From: Podarcis cretensis
Taxonomy: Eukaryota
Assembly: GCA_951804945.1 (NCBI GenBank)
Contig: OX638153.1
Span: 97,712,001 to 97,776,000 of the forward strand
Reading direction: 5' to 3'
Length of the DNA: 64,000 nt
Shown: positions 60,404 through 64,000 of the stretch, piece after piece
Layout of the letters: every line of letters begins with the position of its first letter
Position numbering within the stretch: the stretch's first letter is position 1
Made by a program: the position numbers and the translations under genes
The notes under the pieces: model-generated
The model's database searches: none
Seen by the model: the letters and a program-made list of their open reading frames with translations, nothing else
What the model was told of the DNA's origin: nothing

Positions 60404-62624
60404 ATTATAGACACTGAGCTAGGCCTGATCTGGTAGGCGGCAGCGTCCGACTGTCCCTAGCATCTCTAGGCACAAAAAGATCTTGAGCAGGGCAGCTTCT
60501 TTTCGCTCAAGATTGCAAGAGCTGCTTCTAGCCAGAGCAAGTAAACCCTTCTGCTGTCCAGCAGCTTCAACCACCCCTATCTGGATGATGATCTCCTTTG
60601 GTCCGCTGACCAGCGAAAGGTTTAAGTTAAAAACATTCTGGCCCCAAGCCTGCTTTTCACTTGGCTGTGCCTGTTTTCAGTAAAGAATGTATGAACTTTC
60701 CCCTAAGAGAAGGGGTTTTGTCACAGTAACCTTGGCTCTGCGCCCAGGGCAACCTTCTGCACCTGACAGAAATAGAAGCCTGTCTTTCCTAAAGGCACAC
60801 CAGAGTGGACACAGCACAGCATCTTTCCCCGCATGAATGGAAAGTGAGAACGTGGCTGAGTTACAGCCCCGGGGTGGGGGCAAAACCCATCCTTTTGAAA
60901 AAGGGGTGTGTGATGGGGAAACATACAGGTGCCACACATTGGACAGACACCAAAAGACAGGGCTGTGGGTGAGCCCTGGGATTCTGTGAGCGACACCACC
61001 AAAGCTCATAATCTGATACAGAGTATAAAATTCAACACCTCTACCTCAATAAAAAATTTTTAAAGCAGAGTTTCTAGTCTCTATGGCTGTGAAACCAAAC
61101 TTAAAATAGTGGGGGGTGGGATGATGAAAGTTGTAGGAAACTTGAATGCTTCTGTGCCTCTTTGACTTGCTCTGCGCTGGGCTTGAGAGCGGATTTAAAT
61201 GCAATTCATTTGCATAATCAATTTGGGCCCCCCAAATTCAGCTTTTCATCGGATGGAATTTGGGTTCCCCTGCAGCTGATTTTTAAAACTTGCTTAAGCT
61301 CAGAGCACAAAGAGCCCCATTTATAACCTTCTCTTTTTGAATGTGCTGCTTCGCTGGAGATTCAACATGGTCCCCTCCCCGCCCCCCTGCCCCCCCCCCC
61401 CCCCGTTCAGCGGCTGTGGTCATGGTTCACAGGCAGGATCGCAATTTTTTTGCCAAACATCTTCTTTTCCATATATATAGATATACGCGCATGCCTCCAA
61501 TATAAACGGTGCTTTTAGAGCCACTTGCAAATCTAGGAACTTTGACGTCACTCTTCCTTCCACCTACTCAATCTTGACCACAACAAAGAAGAGTGGTGGG
61601 AAAGTTCAGATGGAAAACCGGCCGCCGCGCGCCAGGCCTCAGCCAGAGGAGAGGATATTTATTAGGCGATCCAGCGCAGGGCAGCAGTTTGCCCATCAGG
61701 CTGACAGAGCCCTGGGTTCAAACTCCACCCAAAGCTTCTCGTCGGCTGCCATGCCTGCTTTGCATCATCAGAGAAAGGTGCACGAGGGAAGAACCCAGGG
61801 GCACTGCACAGAAATCTAGGGGGACTCTCCTCCCTGGGACTCCCCCAAACATGGCTGCTTCAAGCAATCCCTGCAGAGCATCACTGGACAGTGCCGAGGC
61901 AACTTGCTACATCTCTTGCCTCGGCTATGCTACCTGTGAACCGGGAATGTTGGTGGCCCACCTCTCAGGGTCGTTGTGAGAACCGACAGTGCAAAGGCGG
62001 CAAAGCACATTAAGCGTGCGCGAGGTTCAAATGGTCAACAGGAACCCCAAACCCTGTTATGGAGGAGAAGAAGACAAAGACAAGCCTAGAAGCTGGGTCA
62101 GGTGTTAAGGCAGGGAGATGCTTCCCTGGGTGAACTCTAAAAATACTCCTCACTGTGGTAGCGGTGGGGGGGGGGGGAGAGATGATTCTTTGAAGGAGCT
62201 GAGCCCTGCACTCGCTCTATTCCCAAGCATCCCACGCCTTTCTGCTGGCTGGTTTCACACATCTGGGGAACTTGGTAGGGTAAAGTCAGCCTGCAATTTG
62301 GCCACGTTCCTTTTCAGAAGTAGGTTTTAAGGAGCAGAAACTAATACCACATTTAATGGACACTCGAGCTCTCAAAACGAATTATTTATCCAAAAAGTTT
62401 ATTTTATTCTATTCTAATTTTTTTTTAAGGAGGAGATGAACGGCTCTCGCAGCAAATTTTCCATCCGTGGTGTTTTCTTTTAAGTCTTCAACCCCAATCC
62501 CGGCTCTTGCCCTGGAAAAGCATTCAAGGAGAAATTCACAGGGCGAGGGAGGAGAAGCAGGATAATTCAGCATTAGCGGCAGGGGGCAAAAACGCCTTCC
62601 ATTAATTAGCCCCTATTGCTCCTG

Positions 62625-62904
62625 TGAGCACTCCAATGGGAGAACAGCCTTTACTGAAGGTGTCATGGGCTTTGAAGAAGCTGGAACTCAGGACAAAAGG
62701 GAGAAACAAGCTAAGAGGAAGACACGCTTGGCAAACGCTCACCAGGATCAACTCCCGCCCGGAAACCTATGTCCCCACTGTGGAAGGACGTGTGGATCCA
62801 GAATTGGCCTCTGCAGTCACTTACGAACTCACTGTTTTAAGACCGTGTTCATGGAAGACAACCTTACTCAGTTACGAGGGACCGCCAAAGCAGCAGCAAC
62901 AGCA
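62625..62904 (+). mobile_element. RTE-clade LINE 3' fragment, a different family from 32000
   Basis: FEE...CPHCGRTCGSRIGLCSHLRTH motif; short trinucleotide tail; flanking GCTCCTG repeat. Confidence 0.8.
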
Positions 62905-64000
62905 GCTCCTGCAAACCCTTCCCTCTGCTATTCTCAAAATAGCTGGAATCGGTTTCCCCCAAGGACTCAGGGCCCTCTGGGAGAGGAACAGAGGACCAAA
63001 GTGGGTGATTAAATTAGGGGATGCATGACTGCGCCCCAATGCGGATCGTCACTCAAGCACTGGACAAAAACTTCGGCAACAATGCAAGTCTCAGCCCCGG
63101 AGGTCACCTCTAACAAGATTAGCTATGCGTGCTGGGAGAGGAGACTGACGAAACTTCCAACGTGTTTGAAACCTCCATTGTTCAAGGGAGGGGGGGCCTC
63201 TTTGAGCTGCTGGCAAACCGCAAATCCTCCATTAAGTGATGTGCCCAAGGCCACTGACAAACAGAACAAAAAAAGCAAGGGAGGGGGAGGTTTGAAGAAA
63301 TAAGTGGGCATTCAGTGAGCCTCAATATACCCCATGGAATTGTTCCCGCCTTTCCGTATTACAAGCAGGGGTAGTTCCCCAGGGTGCCCCGATTTGACAG
63401 TCTGGGCACACCATGAATCCTCCTTCACCCCCCACCCCACCCCCCGCTCCAAGTTGACTTTTCAACTCCATTCCGCATCAGAGGCTTTGTGCCTTTGAAA
63501 CCACAGAAAGAAAGCTGCCTCCCCATCCATCACTGACACAGAGCCCTCTAAAGTATTAAAGCAGCCAGTTCGCTCCTTTGCAGTGGGAAAGGCTGTGGGC
63601 ACACGGAAGGAGGCACAAGAGGAGGAGAGTCCAGAAGTTCTCTCCACTGCCAGGTGCTGGACCTGAGAGGCTGCTGCATCTGGAACGAACCAGCTTGTGG
63701 CAAGGAGAAGGGAGACGAGGGCGAGGGGCTGGCCATCTGCACCAGGGGGCAGGCGGGGCAGGAGTGCCCTCGCTATGCTGAATGAAGCAACAGAGCAGGC
63801 ACACAAAGTGGGCACTACAGGACAGGAACGCTCAGCTATTACAGCAACACTGAACCCACCAAACGTTTTCTTTTGGGCTTGAAGTGCCGAGGTATGTTTT
63901 CAATGCACCCGCCATCCGCTTGTTGGTTGGCCTGGCAAGGGGTGAGGGCCAGGGCAGCGCGTCAGCACTGCAGCTGTGCACCCGAGGCCTAACACAGTTT

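Larger units (their letters stand above)
6870..64000 (-). other. DIS3L2: DIS3L2 transcription unit, 3' portion (last 8 coding exons plus 3' UTR; 5' exons lie beyond the right edge)
   Basis: Eight phase-consistent GT-AG exons (80, 184, 87, 148, 131, 105, 102, 99 nt) give a continuous RNB-domain C-terminal part plus S1 domain, with motifs [40 protein letters not shown] and HCN. Confidence 0.96.

Noticed and set aside
62665-63012. C2H2-like zinc-finger peptide (also 31764-32261) as a host gene exon
   Set aside because: The C-x2-C...SRIGL-SH motif is the C-terminus of RTE LINE ORFs and sits next to a LINE tail.
1-64000. CRISPR array, rRNA, snoRNA or prokaryote-type operon/defence system
   Set aside because: No repeat-spacer array, rRNA similarity or convincing snoRNA box arrangement seen; the window is spliced vertebrate DNA.

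Overview
Vertebrate genomic DNA, most likely a squamate and probably a lacertid lizard, judging from Sauria/Squam1 SINEs, a Squam3-type SINE, a tRNA-Lys/CR1-tail SINE, and BovB, CR1, L2, L1 and RTE LINE fragments. The only protein-coding gene I can support is the 3' part of DIS3L2 (RNase II/R family 3'-5' exonuclease) on the minus strand. It has eight GT-AG coding exons (54013-54092, 22433-22616, 21642-21728, 16816-16963, 16127-16257, 15848-15952, 11171-11272, 7516-7614) that splice in phase to 936 nt (311 aa plus stop), followed by a 3' UTR with two AATAAA signals; upstream exons lie beyond the right edge. The rest is intronic or intergenic: 5'-truncated retroelements, DNA-transposon MITEs, a solo LTR, microsatellites, a 141-N assembly gap, and repeat-free motif-dense blocks that look like enhancers. 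I found no new multi-gene system. The best leads are a one-ended Tc1 element between two copies of a ~154-bp duplication, a hAT MITE carrying telomere-like repeats, a MITE with a 30-bp perfect-arm palindrome plus a hairpin array, a tail-to-tail L2 fold-back, a 151-codon open frame directly after the DIS3L2 UGA-C stop, and a stop-free in-frame 174-nt intron. Repeat family names and comparisons to human DIS3L2 come from recalled sequences, not from searches.
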